Shown one piece after another: positions 28,994 to 37,612 of a stretch of 53,732 nucleotides of DNA. Location of the stretch: the IMG/VR virus record IMGVR_UViG_3300031999_000026, positions 1 through 53,732 of that record. One strand, 5' to 3'. The translations under genes were made by a program, and so were the position numbers. The first letter of the stretch is position 1; the number at the start of each line of letters is the position of its first letter. The DNA is from a virus. Lineage: Duplodnaviria > Caudoviricetes. The notes beneath the pieces are model-generated. The model was not told where the DNA came from. It saw nothing but the letters and a program-made list of their open reading frames with translations, and searched no databases.

Positions 28994-30448
28994 TTATTCA
29001 TCTTCCTCTTCTTCTTTTTTATCTTTTTCGTCGAATATATCTTCACCCTGCCATATTGTTACACCATCTAAATCGTGAATATCTTCTGTCTCAAATAAGT
29101 TAACTACACTTACTCTATGACCTACACCTTTTACAAGTGTTGGGTCTATAAATTTATCATAAGCATTTTGAGAAATTATAAGTTCTGATTCTTTATCTTT
29201 TAATTCTTTTACTAATTGTTTTATAGTTGTTTTAGTTTCAGCTAATTCATCTGTTGTGAATTTCCTTGCTGTCATTCTTTCAAGTCTTTCACAAATATCT
29301 TTATCGTATGGTTTTAACCAAGTATCTATTTCTTCATTACTTCTTTTCTTGGTTAATATAAATGTAATAAATAATTCTTTAGCATAATTAAATTTAAGAT
29401 CAAATGCCAATTTATCACGTTCATAAAGAATATTTTTTAGTTTTAAACGAACTATCTGCCACTTATAATCCTCTAAATACTGCTCTATTGAATTGTATAT
29501 AAGAACAGTACCATCTTTTATAAATACTGGGTTTTCATTGACAATTATTGAAAAGATTTTTTGTACATATTTTTGGATATCTTCCCAATCATCTTTACTT
29601 TTACCAGTATAAACAATGTCGATGTTAATTTTAATATTTGAGTTATTTATAATACGTATGTTATTTTCATATCTATTAATAAGATGATCTAATTTTTTCA
29701 ATACTGTTTCGTACTTAAGAATTGGAGGGATTTCACGAACCAAAATTCGTTTCGGTTCAATTATAATATTTGATGAAATTAACCATGTTTTATCAACACC
29801 CCTATACTTTTCAATTGTGCCGGTAAATCCTTCAAAATAAGGTTTAACAGTTTTACGAGTTCCAGCAAAAAATTCTTGAATATCTTTTAATTTACGAGGA
29901 AGAACTGTAGATTTATAGCCTACTGCAATACCAACAATTGGAGAAACAAGTCCTAATGGAATATCCATCCACAGTGGATCATACGGCCCATCTGGTGTTC
30001 GAGAAGTGAGGTGATTATATTTGTTTAATAGACTATTGGTTATTGCAGAAACTTTTACTCCAGTGTATCGAGAAGCGGCTGGTGATGGAGATACTTCAGT
30101 ACCAAAAAAACCATCACCTTCAAGTATCGGCAGAGCGTTACCAAATGGACGAGCTAATTTATTGATAGCACCTTCGATAGAATTTGGGCCATGATGATAA
30201 CCATCTTGTATGCATTTTCCTACTACTGTTAATGTTTTAACAAATGAAGTAGGTGTATTTTTTAAAATATAACGTTGAACAGGTGTAAATGCATCATAAA
30301 AACTGGGTATACCTCTTTGTTCAAGGACATATATAGCATAATCCCTAAATTTTGTATCTATGAATTTACTGATGGGTAATCGAATTATTTTTTCTTTACG
30401 TTTTGGTTTTGTTAAATCTTTTGATTTTTTTGCTTTTACTTTTCGCAT
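28994..30448 (-). CDS. gp52: type II topoisomerase DNA-cleavage subunit (gp52/GyrA/ParC-like)
   Basis: IPSFYDAFTPVQR, YHHG, G.FG, AASRYT catalytic Tyr, GIAVGY. Confidence 0.9.
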   Translation of the reverse strand: MRKVKAKKSKDLTKPKRKEKIIRLPISKFIDTKFRDYAIYVLEQRGIPSFYDAFTPVQRYILKNTPTSFVKTLTVVGKCIQDGYHHGPNSIEGAINKLARPFGNALPILEGDGFFGTEVSPSPAASRYTGVKVSAITNSLLNKYNHLTSRTPDGPYDPLWMDIPLGLVSPIVGIAVGYKSTVLPRKLKDIQEFFAGTRKTVKPYFEGFTGTIEKYRGVDKTWLISSNIIIEPKRILVREIPPILKYETVLKKLDHLINRYENNIRIINNSNIKINIDIVYTGKSKDDWEDIQKYVQKIFSIIVNENPVFIKDGTVLIYNSIEQYLEDYKWQIVRLKLKNILYERDKLAFDLKFNYAKELFITFILTKKRSNEEIDTWLKPYDKDICERLERMTARKFTTDELAETKTTIKQLVKELKDKESELIISQNAYDKFIDPTLVKGVGHRVSVVNLFETEDIHDLDGVTIWQGEDIFDEKDKKEEEEDE

Positions 30449-30587
30449 GTTTCTTTTTTATTTTTATCGGCGGTTCATCAAGTTTTTCTTCTTCATCTTT
30501 ATCAGAATAATCTCCGTCATCTAACCAATGTGAAAACGGACCAATATCGTCATTATGGTGGTCATCACCTAAACTAAAAAATGCCAT
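30396..30587 (-). CDS. small hypothetical protein
   Basis: 63 aa, acidic then basic; overlaps gp52 start. Confidence 0.45.
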   Translation of the reverse strand: MAFFSLGDDHHNDDIGPFSHWLDDGDYSDKDEEEKLDEPPIKIKKKHAKSKSKKIKRFNKTKT

Positions 30588-30593
30588 AATATT

Positions 30594-30827
30594 CTATATA
30601 TCAAGAAGGAACTTTAAAGTTTCACGAGGTGTTTTAAGAGAGGAATATTCATAACATCTCCAAGATCGATTCCATACTTTATTATATGGTGACCAATCTT
30701 CCCACCTAAAATCAAATTTAAGCGTCCAAATAATATACATAGTGTATCCGATTGGAAAAGACATACATATACCTAACCAATATACAACCATGATGAATTT
30801 CCATAATACTATAAAAATATATTTCAT
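30594..30827 (-). CDS. small membrane protein
   Basis: hydrophobic N-terminal half. Confidence 0.55.
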   Translation of the reverse strand: MKYIFIVLWKFIMVVYWLGICMSFPIGYTMYIIWTLKFDFRWEDWSPYNKVWNRSWRCYEYSSLKTPRETLKFLLDI

Positions 30828-30834
30828 AAGATAG

Positions 30835-31287
30835 CTATTCTTTTAATGTTCCAAAATCTCTTAGTTTTGTGAGTCTTTCACAAAATTCTCTTCGAGTTAA
30901 TACTGTATCAGTTTCTTTAATCTTTCCGATATCATGTGTTAATGTAGCTTTTCCCGAAGCTTCTAATGCAGCTTTAAATTTTGTGTTTTTGTACAATTCA
31001 GTAAAAGCTCTATCAAGTAAATTTTGATATTCTTTTGATGATCTTTTTATTGGTGTTCCTCTCCAATATAATGTTTGACTTTGACGCCAATCTTTAGTGC
31101 GACCCCTTTTCTTTGCAGTAATACCGATAAGAGAACAAACGTATTCTTGTACATCTAATGATTCAAATTTTACGGATTGTAAAAAACCTTCCATTGAATT
31201 ACAATGTACCCCGTCAATATCGAATGGATGTGGTGAGAAGTTACTAAGTGAATTAGCAGGATATGTATTTTTTGATCCTATGTCCAT
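30835..31287 (-). CDS. NADAR-superfamily protein (T4 gp30.3-like)
   Basis: LSNFSPHPF..DG....SMEGFLQS.K, LYW.G, LTHDIG, TVLT..EF motifs. Confidence 0.8.
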   Translation of the reverse strand: MDIGSKNTYPANSLSNFSPHPFDIDGVHCNSMEGFLQSVKFESLDVQEYVCSLIGITAKKRGRTKDWRQSQTLYWRGTPIKRSSKEYQNLLDRAFTELYKNTKFKAALEASGKATLTHDIGKIKETDTVLTRREFCERLTKLRDFGTLKE

Positions 31288-31297
31288 ATTTTTAAAT

Positions 31298-31546
31298 TTA
31301 AATTTTTACAAAGCCTTTACCTTTATAAAATTCAACCCAATCTTCATAAGAATCCATATTAATTCCTTCATTCAAAGTTATAACTCCAGTTTTAGTTTTA
31401 AAACAAAGTTTGTCAATGTATGAATTATCTTTAACAGTTGATACAAATTTAACAGATCTTCCAGTACTTGGTTTAACCAAATGAACTAATATATTAGCAG
31501 TTGCATAATCTAAAATGTTTTCTATTTTAGGAGTTCTTTTAAACAT
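31298..31546 (-). CDS. hypothetical protein
   Basis: 82 aa downstream of early-like promoter. Confidence 0.6.
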   Translation of the reverse strand: MFKRTPKIENILDYATANILVHLVKPSTGRSVKFVSTVKDNSYIDKLCFKTKTGVITLNEGINMDSYEDWVEFYKGKGFVKI

Positions 31547-31559
31547 AATTATATCTTTT

Positions 31560-31605
31560 AGTTATAGAGTAAATATAACAATAATTTCTGAATAAAAAAA
31601 ATATT
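31560..31605 (-). promoter_or_regulatory. putative early promoter
   Basis: TTTTATTCAGAAATTATTGTTATATTTACTCTATAA; near-identical copy at 32969-33015. Confidence 0.6.
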
Positions 31606-31644
31606 TTAACATTTATTTACCAATTACATATAATCTGTTATCAC

Positions 31645-32079
31645 TCATTTTGTTAATTTTAATTCAGAATTCAATTTAGAACTTAATTTAGAATCCAGTT
31701 CAGAATTTAATTCAGATCTCAATTCAGAACTCAATTCAGAATGTAATTCAGACCACAATTCAGAACTCAATTCAGAATACAATTCAGAATTCAATTCAGA
31801 ATTCAATTCAGAACTCAATTCAGAATCCAATTCAGAATACAATTCAGAAGCTAATTCAAAACTTAATTCAGAATCCAATTCAGAATTTAATTCAGAATTT
31901 AATTCAGAATTCAATTCAGAACTCAATTCAGAATCCAATTCAGAATTCAATTCAGAACTCAATTCAGAATCCAATTCAGACCACAATTCAGAATACAATT
32001 CAGAATCCAATTCAGAACTCAATTCAGAATACAATTCAGAATACAATTCAGATATTTCAAATATATTCATCTTATTCAT
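31645..32079 (-). CDS. ELxS tetrapeptide-repeat protein
   Basis: MNKMNIFEIS then (ELxS)n, 144 aa. Confidence 0.6.
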   Translation of the reverse strand: MNKMNIFEISELYSELYSELSSELDSELYSELWSELDSELSSELNSELDSELSSELNSELNSELNSELDSELSFELASELYSELDSELSSELNSELNSELYSELSSELWSELHSELSSELRSELNSELDSKLSSKLNSELKLTK

Positions 32080-32080
32080 A

Positions 32081-32323
32081 TTATAATTCAGAACCCAATT
32101 CAGATCTCAATTCAGAATCTAATTCAAATCTCAATTCAGAATTCAATTCAGAATCTAATTCAAATCTCAATTCAGAATTCAATTCAGAATACAATTCAGA
32201 ATTCAATTCAGAACCCAATTCAGATCTCAATTCAGAATCCAATTCAGACCATAATTCAGAATCTAATTCTGAATCCAATTCAGATATTTCAAATATATTC
32301 ATCTTATTCATATTATAATTCAA
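32081..32323 (-). CDS. ELxS repeat protein (likely start 32311)
   Basis: MNKMNIFEIS leader plus repeats. Confidence 0.55.
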   Translation of the reverse strand: MNYNMNKMNIFEISELDSELDSELWSELDSELRSELGSELNSELYSELNSELRFELDSELNSELRFELDSELRSELGSEL

Positions 32324-32627
32324 AACCTAATTCAGAATCCAATTCAGAACACAATTCAGACCATAATTCAGACCATAATTCAGACCATAATTTAGAACGC
32401 ACTTCAAAATACAATTCAGAACGCAATTCAGACCACAATTCAGACCATAATTTAGAACGCACTTCAAAATACAATTCAGAACGCAATTCAGACCACAATT
32501 CAGAATACAATTCAGAATCCAATTCAGAATACAATTCAGAATCTAATTCAAATCTCAATTCAGAATTCAATTCAGAATACAATTCAGATATTTCAAATAC
32601 ATTCATCTTATTCATATTATAATTCAT
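32313..32627 (-). CDS. ELxS repeat protein (likely start 32615)
   Basis: MNKMNVFEIS leader plus repeats; internal 60-nt duplication. Confidence 0.55.
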   Translation of the reverse strand: MNYNMNKMNVFEISELYSELNSELRFELDSELYSELDSELYSELWSELRSELYFEVRSKLWSELWSELRSELYFEVRSKLWSELWSELWSELCSELDSELGFEL

Positions 32628-32961
32628 ATTCCAATTTAGAATCCAATTCAGATCTCAATTCAGAATCTAATTCAGAACACAATTCAGAATCCAATTCAGA
32701 ACACAATTCAGAACCCAATTCAGATCTCAATTCAGAATCCAATTCAAAACTTAATTCAGATCTCAATTCAGAACGCAATTCAGAACTCAATTCAGACCAC
32801 AATTCAGAATCCAATTCAGAACACAATTCAGAACCCAATTCAGATCTCAATTCAGAATCCAATTCAAAACTTAATTCAGATCTCAATTCAGAACGCAATT
32901 CAGAACTCAATTCAGACCATAATTTAGAACGCACTTCAAAATACAATTCCATATCACTCAT
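32617..32961 (-). CDS. ELxS repeat protein
   Basis: MSDMELYFEVRSKLW then repeats; internal ~120-nt duplication. Confidence 0.55.
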   Translation of the reverse strand: MSDMELYFEVRSKLWSELSSELRSELRSELSFELDSELRSELGSELCSELDSELWSELSSELRSELRSELSFELDSELRSELGSELCSELDSELCSELDSELRSELDSKLEYEL

Positions 32962-32968
32962 CTTACTA

Positions 32969-33015
32969 GTTTATAGAGTAAAATATAACAATAATTTCTG
33001 AATAAAAAAATATTT
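32969..33015 (-). promoter_or_regulatory. putative early promoter driving the ELxS array
   Basis: near-identical to 31560-31605. Confidence 0.6.
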
Positions 33016-33025
33016 CAACAACTTA

Positions 33026-33208
33026 TTACCAACTACTATAATCTGTAATATCTTTTTTCTTTTTTCCTACTTTTACTGTAATCCCTGTACCAATTCCACA
33101 AAAAGAAAATATAATTTTAGTTTTTTTTAATTTTTCATTGGAAAATTTTTTAGTAAAAGCGATATAAGCTGCTTCTTCTTTTTCGTTTAATTCAAATTTT
33201 CTTATCAT
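33026..33208 (-). CDS. small hypothetical protein
   Basis: 60 aa; GIGTGITV...DITDYSSW. Confidence 0.65.
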   Translation of the reverse strand: MIRKFELNEKEEAAYIAFTKKFSNEKLKKTKIIFSFCGIGTGITVKVGKKKKDITDYSSW

Positions 33209-33347
33209 ATTTTTTCATATTATAAACATATTCTTTACATTCTCCTTCTATAAATAGAGGTTTGCAAAACCATGATTGGTAATCGCCTGGTTCAGTGTTA
33301 TATTTGAAGCAATTTTCTTTTAAAGGGCAATTTTTGCCTGTACACAT
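33192..33347 (-). CDS. small Cys-rich protein (51 aa, not in ORF track)
   Basis: MCTGKNCPLKENCFKY...QSWFC...EC. Confidence 0.55.
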   Translation of the reverse strand: MCTGKNCPLKENCFKYNTEPGDYQSWFCKPLFIEGECKEYVYNMKKYDKKI

Positions 33348-33453
33348 TGTCCATCGAGACCCTAAACCGACAAGTAGGAGCAGAACAAACTTATGTTTTT
33401 ATAATTTTATATGTAAATATAAAAAATATATCTGACATTAAAAAATTATAACG

Positions 33454-33552
33454 TTAAAAAATTGTTAAAAAATAGGGTGCTTCTTTATATCTAGAATTGC
33501 TTAAGATATAATGGTAGAAGATTTGCTCTTGGTATGAATTTCCTATACTCAT
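33454..33552 (-). pseudogene. internally deleted copy of the helicase 5' end (32-codon mini-ORF)
   Basis: MSIGNSYQEQIFYHYILSNS-RYKEAP; nucleotide match to 13772-13790 and 13875-13916. Confidence 0.75.
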
Positions 33553-33561
33553 TTATTTATA

Positions 33562-33753
33562 TTAATAGTCATTAATAGCTCTATATATCTTAAGATCTTC
33601 TGTTATATCTGAAAGCTCTGATACATCATCGTGTGTCCATTCGTGTTTAGTAGTATTTAATTTCTTAAGTCTTTCTCTACATTCAGATTCACTTCTTGGA
33701 TGATTATAATAAGGTTTAGATCTTTCTTTTCCCACTCCTTCGTCTTTATTCAT
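33562..33753 (-). CDS. small hypothetical protein
   Basis: 63 aa ORF. Confidence 0.5.
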   Translation of the reverse strand: MNKDEGVGKERSKPYYNHPRSESECRERLKKLNTTKHEWTHDDVSELSDITEDLKIYRAINDY

Positions 33754-33784
33754 ATAATTTATTATTTATATTCATAATTCTATT

Positions 33785-33931
33785 TTATTTTGAAAAAAGT
33801 CCTCCAATTCCATTTGCGCCGGAGCCCGCTTTTACCCTAAGCCAGCCTTTCTTTTTTACGAGAAACACGGGATCGCAGGAATCTACCTCTCTTTTCTGGA
33901 CTTTTTTGGCTGCCCTACTTATATCTGCCAT
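33785..33931 (-). CDS. small basic hypothetical protein (48 aa, not in ORF track)
   Basis: MADISRAAKKVQKRE...GANGIGGLFSK; GC-richer than flanks. Confidence 0.4.
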   Translation of the reverse strand: MADISRAAKKVQKREVDSCDPVFLVKKKGWLRVKAGSGANGIGGLFSK

Positions 33932-33949
33932 ATTTTTATCAGGGATTTT

Positions 33950-34549
33950 TTAAAATAATTTTTTAGGTTTTAATTCTTCTTTTTTAATCATCTCTGTTAA
34001 AAGTTTATAAATTACAAAAGCATGTCCCATTTTTTTCTGAGGGTCATTTATAACTTGTTCCATAGATTTATTTATCTTAACATGATTATATCCATCAAAA
34101 TCCATTAAATAAATATCTCTTTCTTCTTTTTCATAAAGTTCTAAAAGTTTTTTAAATGCTTCAGTTTTTATAACTGCCCTTGCATATATAGGAATGTAGA
34201 TTTTCTTTCTAGCAGAAACATAATCTAATTTTTCACCATCCCAATAACTATATTCAGGAATTCTTCCTTTTCCCATAGGATATCTATAAGCATAAGAAGA
34301 ATTCCATATAGCTAAAGCCCATTTAAAATATTCTTCAGTTGGCATTCCATTTTTTCCCATATATTCAGAATATACTTTTGATGCTTGCCAAGCATTCTCA
34401 ACATTTTTTGCATAATAATCACCATATAAATGCCCACCCTCTAATAAGAAAGGTGATAATCCTCTACCAAAATCATCCGATTTTGATGTAGTATTAATCC
34501 TTATTGCATTATCAGGAGTTTTTTTGAAATAATTCTCTACATATAACAT
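33950..34549 (-). CDS. hypothetical protein, probably NADAR-related
   Basis: LSPF, NVENAWQASKVY, LDYVSARKKIYIPIY, GHAFV motifs; adjacent to a NADAR gene. Confidence 0.55.
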   Translation of the reverse strand: MLYVENYFKKTPDNAIRINTTSKSDDFGRGLSPFLLEGGHLYGDYYAKNVENAWQASKVYSEYMGKNGMPTEEYFKWALAIWNSSYAYRYPMGKGRIPEYSYWDGEKLDYVSARKKIYIPIYARAVIKTEAFKKLLELYEKEERDIYLMDFDGYNHVKINKSMEQVINDPQKKMGHAFVIYKLLTEMIKKEELKPKKLF

Positions 34550-35055
34550 TACGCAACTTTTAATTCCTCTCTTACGTCCATTAATACTTTACCTAAAAGA
34601 TTCTGACCTCTCCAATTCTTTTCATCAAGTATTTGGTCATCATCCCATTTTATTTTTACTCCCCAAATTCCATCGAATGGTGTTCCTTCAACAAGAATTT
34701 TATCTCCTGTTGCTAAAAGCTTATCTTTTAATTCTTTGTCAGATTTAAATTTAGCCATTACAGCTTTATACATCATTTCTTCACGAACTAAAGCCCATTT
34801 TTCTTCAACATATCCTCTAACTTGCCTTCCTAAATTTTTAGCAACTTTAGGGTCTTGCCCAGTTATTACTATTTCCCAAGCCTTTTCTTCATCATTAAAA
34901 TATAATGCTTTAAACCACATAAAAAGTTGTTCAGCAGTATTAAAACAATATAGTTCATTTCTTGTTGGGTGTTCATAATATATTTTGCAATCTCGTGGAA
35001 TCCAATTCGACATCCAACTGCCCCAAAAATAAATATGCGTATCAGTTATTCTCAT
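34549..35055 (-). CDS. NADAR family protein (YbiA-like)
   Basis: MSNW, TAEQ..M..KA..F, AK.LGR, AKF, LLATG...LVE, D.IWG, GQNLLG..LM.VR. Confidence 0.92.
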   Translation of the reverse strand: MRITDTHIYFWGSWMSNWIPRDCKIYYEHPTRNELYCFNTAEQLFMWFKALYFNDEEKAWEIVITGQDPKVAKNLGRQVRGYVEEKWALVREEMMYKAVMAKFKSDKELKDKLLATGDKILVEGTPFDGIWGVKIKWDDDQILDEKNWRGQNLLGKVLMDVREELKVA

Positions 35056-35401
35056 TTTTTATGATTAATTTTTCTATAATTTTCAATAATTTTATTTTAT
35101 CAGCAAGAATAATATTAGATCTACTATGATATTTTTTTCTTATTCCTTCAACTTCACATTCTACCAATACTAAATCTCTTTGTTTTCTAAATTTTTTAAT
35201 AAATTCTCTACATTCATTTATATCTTCTAGTGCATGAAATCCTGAAATATAATTTATAGAAGTTTTTCTTGATCCATCACTTACATTTTTTATATCTGCT
35301 GTAAGCCATTTATTCATTGGAAGAACTCTACTTCCTTTATTAGGATGAAATAAAGTTAAAAGATTTTCTCCCTTTCTTTCACATATTCTATAAGCTATCA
35401 T
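35042..35401 (-). CDS. hypothetical protein
   Basis: 119 aa; YISGFH motif. Confidence 0.65.
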   Translation of the reverse strand: MIAYRICERKGENLLTLFHPNKGSRVLPMNKWLTADIKNVSDGSRKTSINYISGFHALEDINECREFIKKFRKQRDLVLVECEVEGIRKKYHSRSNIILADKIKLLKIIEKLIIKNENN

Positions 35402-35405
35402 AATA

Positions 35406-35783
35406 CTAAAATAAAGGATTAGAATTTTTCTTTATAATTTTTTCATCATTTGGTGTCCATTCATTTACTATTACACCCAAGGTTTCATACAGCCACTTTG
35501 CTACGATACGGCGGTGGCAAAACACACCTGAATCTTCCCAACATAAAAGAACATTATTCTTAAACATATTGTAAATATCTTGAGGATTTAATCTTGCTAA
35601 TACGTTTTCTCTATATAACTTTTCGTATTGTTCTTGAGTTATCTGACCATTTTTAATAGCATAAAATGCTTGTCTTTCAGGTTCAAGAGCTGGATATCGA
35701 CATCCCGACCAATCTACTGGAGGATATATGCATATAGCTACACCATTATCACCTGTATAATATTTAAAATAAGAAGTTTTCAT
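35406..35783 (-). CDS. DUF488-like protein
   Basis: MKTSYF, YPALEP, LLCWE....CHRRIVAKWL. Confidence 0.8.
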   Translation of the reverse strand: MKTSYFKYYTGDNGVAICIYPPVDWSGCRYPALEPERQAFYAIKNGQITQEQYEKLYRENVLARLNPQDIYNMFKNNVLLCWEDSGVFCHRRIVAKWLYETLGVIVNEWTPNDEKIIKKNSNPLF

Positions 35784-35793
35784 TTATAAAATC

Positions 35794-36414
35794 TTATTTT
35801 TCTTTTAAAGGTTCCCAAACTAATTTTTTTAATTTTTCATTTTTCTCTAAACAATCCAAACAACACGTGGTTAACCATCCCTTTGTACAACCTACATTTT
35901 TTGTAGTTCCACATATTTCACATGTTTTATAAGACATGCTTTCTGCCAAATTAACCATTCCTGAAATTATATCGTCGCCACCATTATAATAGAAACGTAA
36001 ACCTGAAAACTTTTCTTTAATTTGAGTAACATTTACAGTAATTGGAATTTGTTTTTTCCTTGGGGCTTTTTTATAAAGCCATTCAGCAAAAGCTTTAAGT
36101 TTTGGTTTTTTGTAGTGTTTTCTACGTAAATAAGTTTGTAGATTCCACATCCATTTATATTTAAATTCATTGGCTCTATAACGATTTTTATTTTCAAGAT
36201 ACCATTTAATATTTTGCATAAGAGTGTCTAGAATCACATACCAACCATTTCCAGTTTCTATTCCAAACTGTATTGGCTCTACAATTTCTTTTTGTTTTGC
36301 TAATTCTTCAATTTCTTCTATCATTGGCTTTTCACGAATATAGATTTTTTGTTTAGTATGCGAAAAAAATTCTGAATATTTATCTAATAATTTTCTTTGT
36401 AAATTTGTTTCCAT
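35794..36414 (-). CDS. phage protein with Zn-finger-like C-terminus
   Basis: GNGW, QIKEKFSGLRFY, TCEICG, GWLTTCC. Confidence 0.75.
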   Translation of the reverse strand: METNLQRKLLDKYSEFFSHTKQKIYIREKPMIEEIEELAKQKEIVEPIQFGIETGNGWYVILDTLMQNIKWYLENKNRYRANEFKYKWMWNLQTYLRRKHYKKPKLKAFAEWLYKKAPRKKQIPITVNVTQIKEKFSGLRFYYNGGDDIISGMVNLAESMSYKTCEICGTTKNVGCTKGWLTTCCLDCLEKNEKLKKLVWEPLKEK

Positions 36415-36445
36415 GGTGTTAAATTTTTTGTTAATGTTTAATTTT

Positions 36446-37291
36446 TTAAAATCCTATTTTCTTTGTTTTAAAATTATCACTGTTATTATCAGTTCCATAA
36501 AAATAGATATCTGCAAGTGTCATAGATTCTTTAATTTCAACATTATGACCCAACTTTTTTAATAATGCTTGAGATTTATTAGCAACTAATTTTTCAAATT
36601 TATAATTCATTAAAAGTCTTCCTCTTCTTGTAAGTGCTTCATCAATATTCTTTTCTTTTGTATTAAAAGTAGCAACAATTGATATTTTTAAACAATCTGA
36701 AAGTAAACCATCAGTAAGATTAAGTACATTACTTACCGCACTACTTCTGCCTGCGGAATTTCTTTTTTCAAGAGCAGGTTCTGCATCTTCAATTATAAGA
36801 ATTGAATTATTATTGTTTATTAAAAATGGTATAAACGCTGGATCTGTAATCGAATCAACCATGTCTGGAGATATAAAGATGATATTCTTTTTAAGTTTAG
36901 TAGCAAGATAACGAATAAAACTAGTATTATGAGACAAAATACCATTTGTATAATATCTTTTATTTGAATCATAATCTAATTCTAGATCATACATATTTTC
37001 CGAAATACCTTTACTTTTTATAGAAATAACTTCAATTGGCCCCAATATACTATCAAGTATATCACCTTTAGAAAGATTTATAACAAATTCTTCTTTCCCA
37101 TTTTTAAATATTATATGATTATCTGCACAAAATAATTCAAATTTATTTGTAATTAAATGACATATATCATATTTAATAGTTTTATGTATAGCATTTATAT
37201 CAACCCACCCAGTATCTGTAAAAACTTCGTAATCATCTATTTTTTTTGATTCTATGAATTTTTTACTTAAATTAAATTTCTTTTTATTCAT
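36446..37291 (-). CDS. AAA ATPase C-fragment fused to long IntC
   Basis: 122-aa IntC ending NGILSHN|T; then Walker B LIIEDAE, LNLTDG, TFN, IDEALTRRGR. Confidence 0.88.
   Translation of the reverse strand: MNKKKFNLSKKFIESKKIDDYEVFTDTGWVDINAIHKTIKYDICHLITNKFELFCADNHIIFKNGKEEFVINLSKGDILDSILGPIEVISIKSKGISENMYDLELDYDSNKRYYTNGILSHNTSFIRYLATKLKKNIIFISPDMVDSITDPAFIPFLINNNNSILIIEDAEPALEKRNSAGRSSAVSNVLNLTDGLLSDCLKISIVATFNTKEKNIDEALTRRGRLLMNYKFEKLVANKSQALLKKLGHNVEIKESMTLADIYFYGTDNNSDNFKTKKIGF
36926..37291 (-). mobile_element. atypical split intein C-part (AAA ATPase), 122 aa
   Basis: FTDTGW, block B FCADNHI, block F MYDLEL, block G HN|T. Confidence 0.9.
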
Positions 37292-37526
37292 TTTTTAAAA
37301 AATTTATACATTCTTTTAATACAATTTCTTTATTCTTAAATATATTTAATTCCCATATAATTAAAATTTCATATCCTAATTTCTTAAGAGTTTTTATTTT
37401 AAATTCATCTTTTTTCCAAATTTGTTTAGCAGTTTTAATATTATTTTTAGCTATTAATGAATTAGATTCATATAATTCAGGATTAGCATGATAAATATCC
37501 ATGATAAAAATAACAGGAATTGCCAA
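37284..37526 (-). pseudogene. truncated Vsr-like endonuclease (C-terminal remnant)
   Basis: YHANPELY...TAKQIWKKDEFK...GYEILIIWE...ECINFLKNE, matching the 11197..12570 C-terminus. Confidence 0.75.
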
Positions 37527-37528
37527 AA

Positions 37529-37612
37529 CTACATCAAATCTGCAATGTTAATTTCTTCTATTTTTTTAGTTTTTTTATTACGTATAGTTATTTTTGTATT
37601 TCCTACTACACA
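37529..37612 (-). mobile_element. atypical split intein N-part (AAA ATPase), 27 aa
   Basis: Cys1 after Walker A GK; splicing restores GETGTGKT. Confidence 0.88.

Larger units (their letters stand above)
31645..32961 (-). repeat. 12-bp tandem repeat array GAA TTR NNN TCT (E-L-x-S), roughly 95-100 units in four ORFs
   Basis: plus strand shows continuous aattcagaNNNc units, interrupted by three copies of a ~40-bp linker. Confidence 0.95.

Noticed and set aside
31645-32961. CRISPR array interpretation of linker plus variable segments
   Set aside because: Intervening segments are ~190-400 bp of 12-mer repeats rather than unique spacers; linkers encode stop/start signals; no cas genes in the window.
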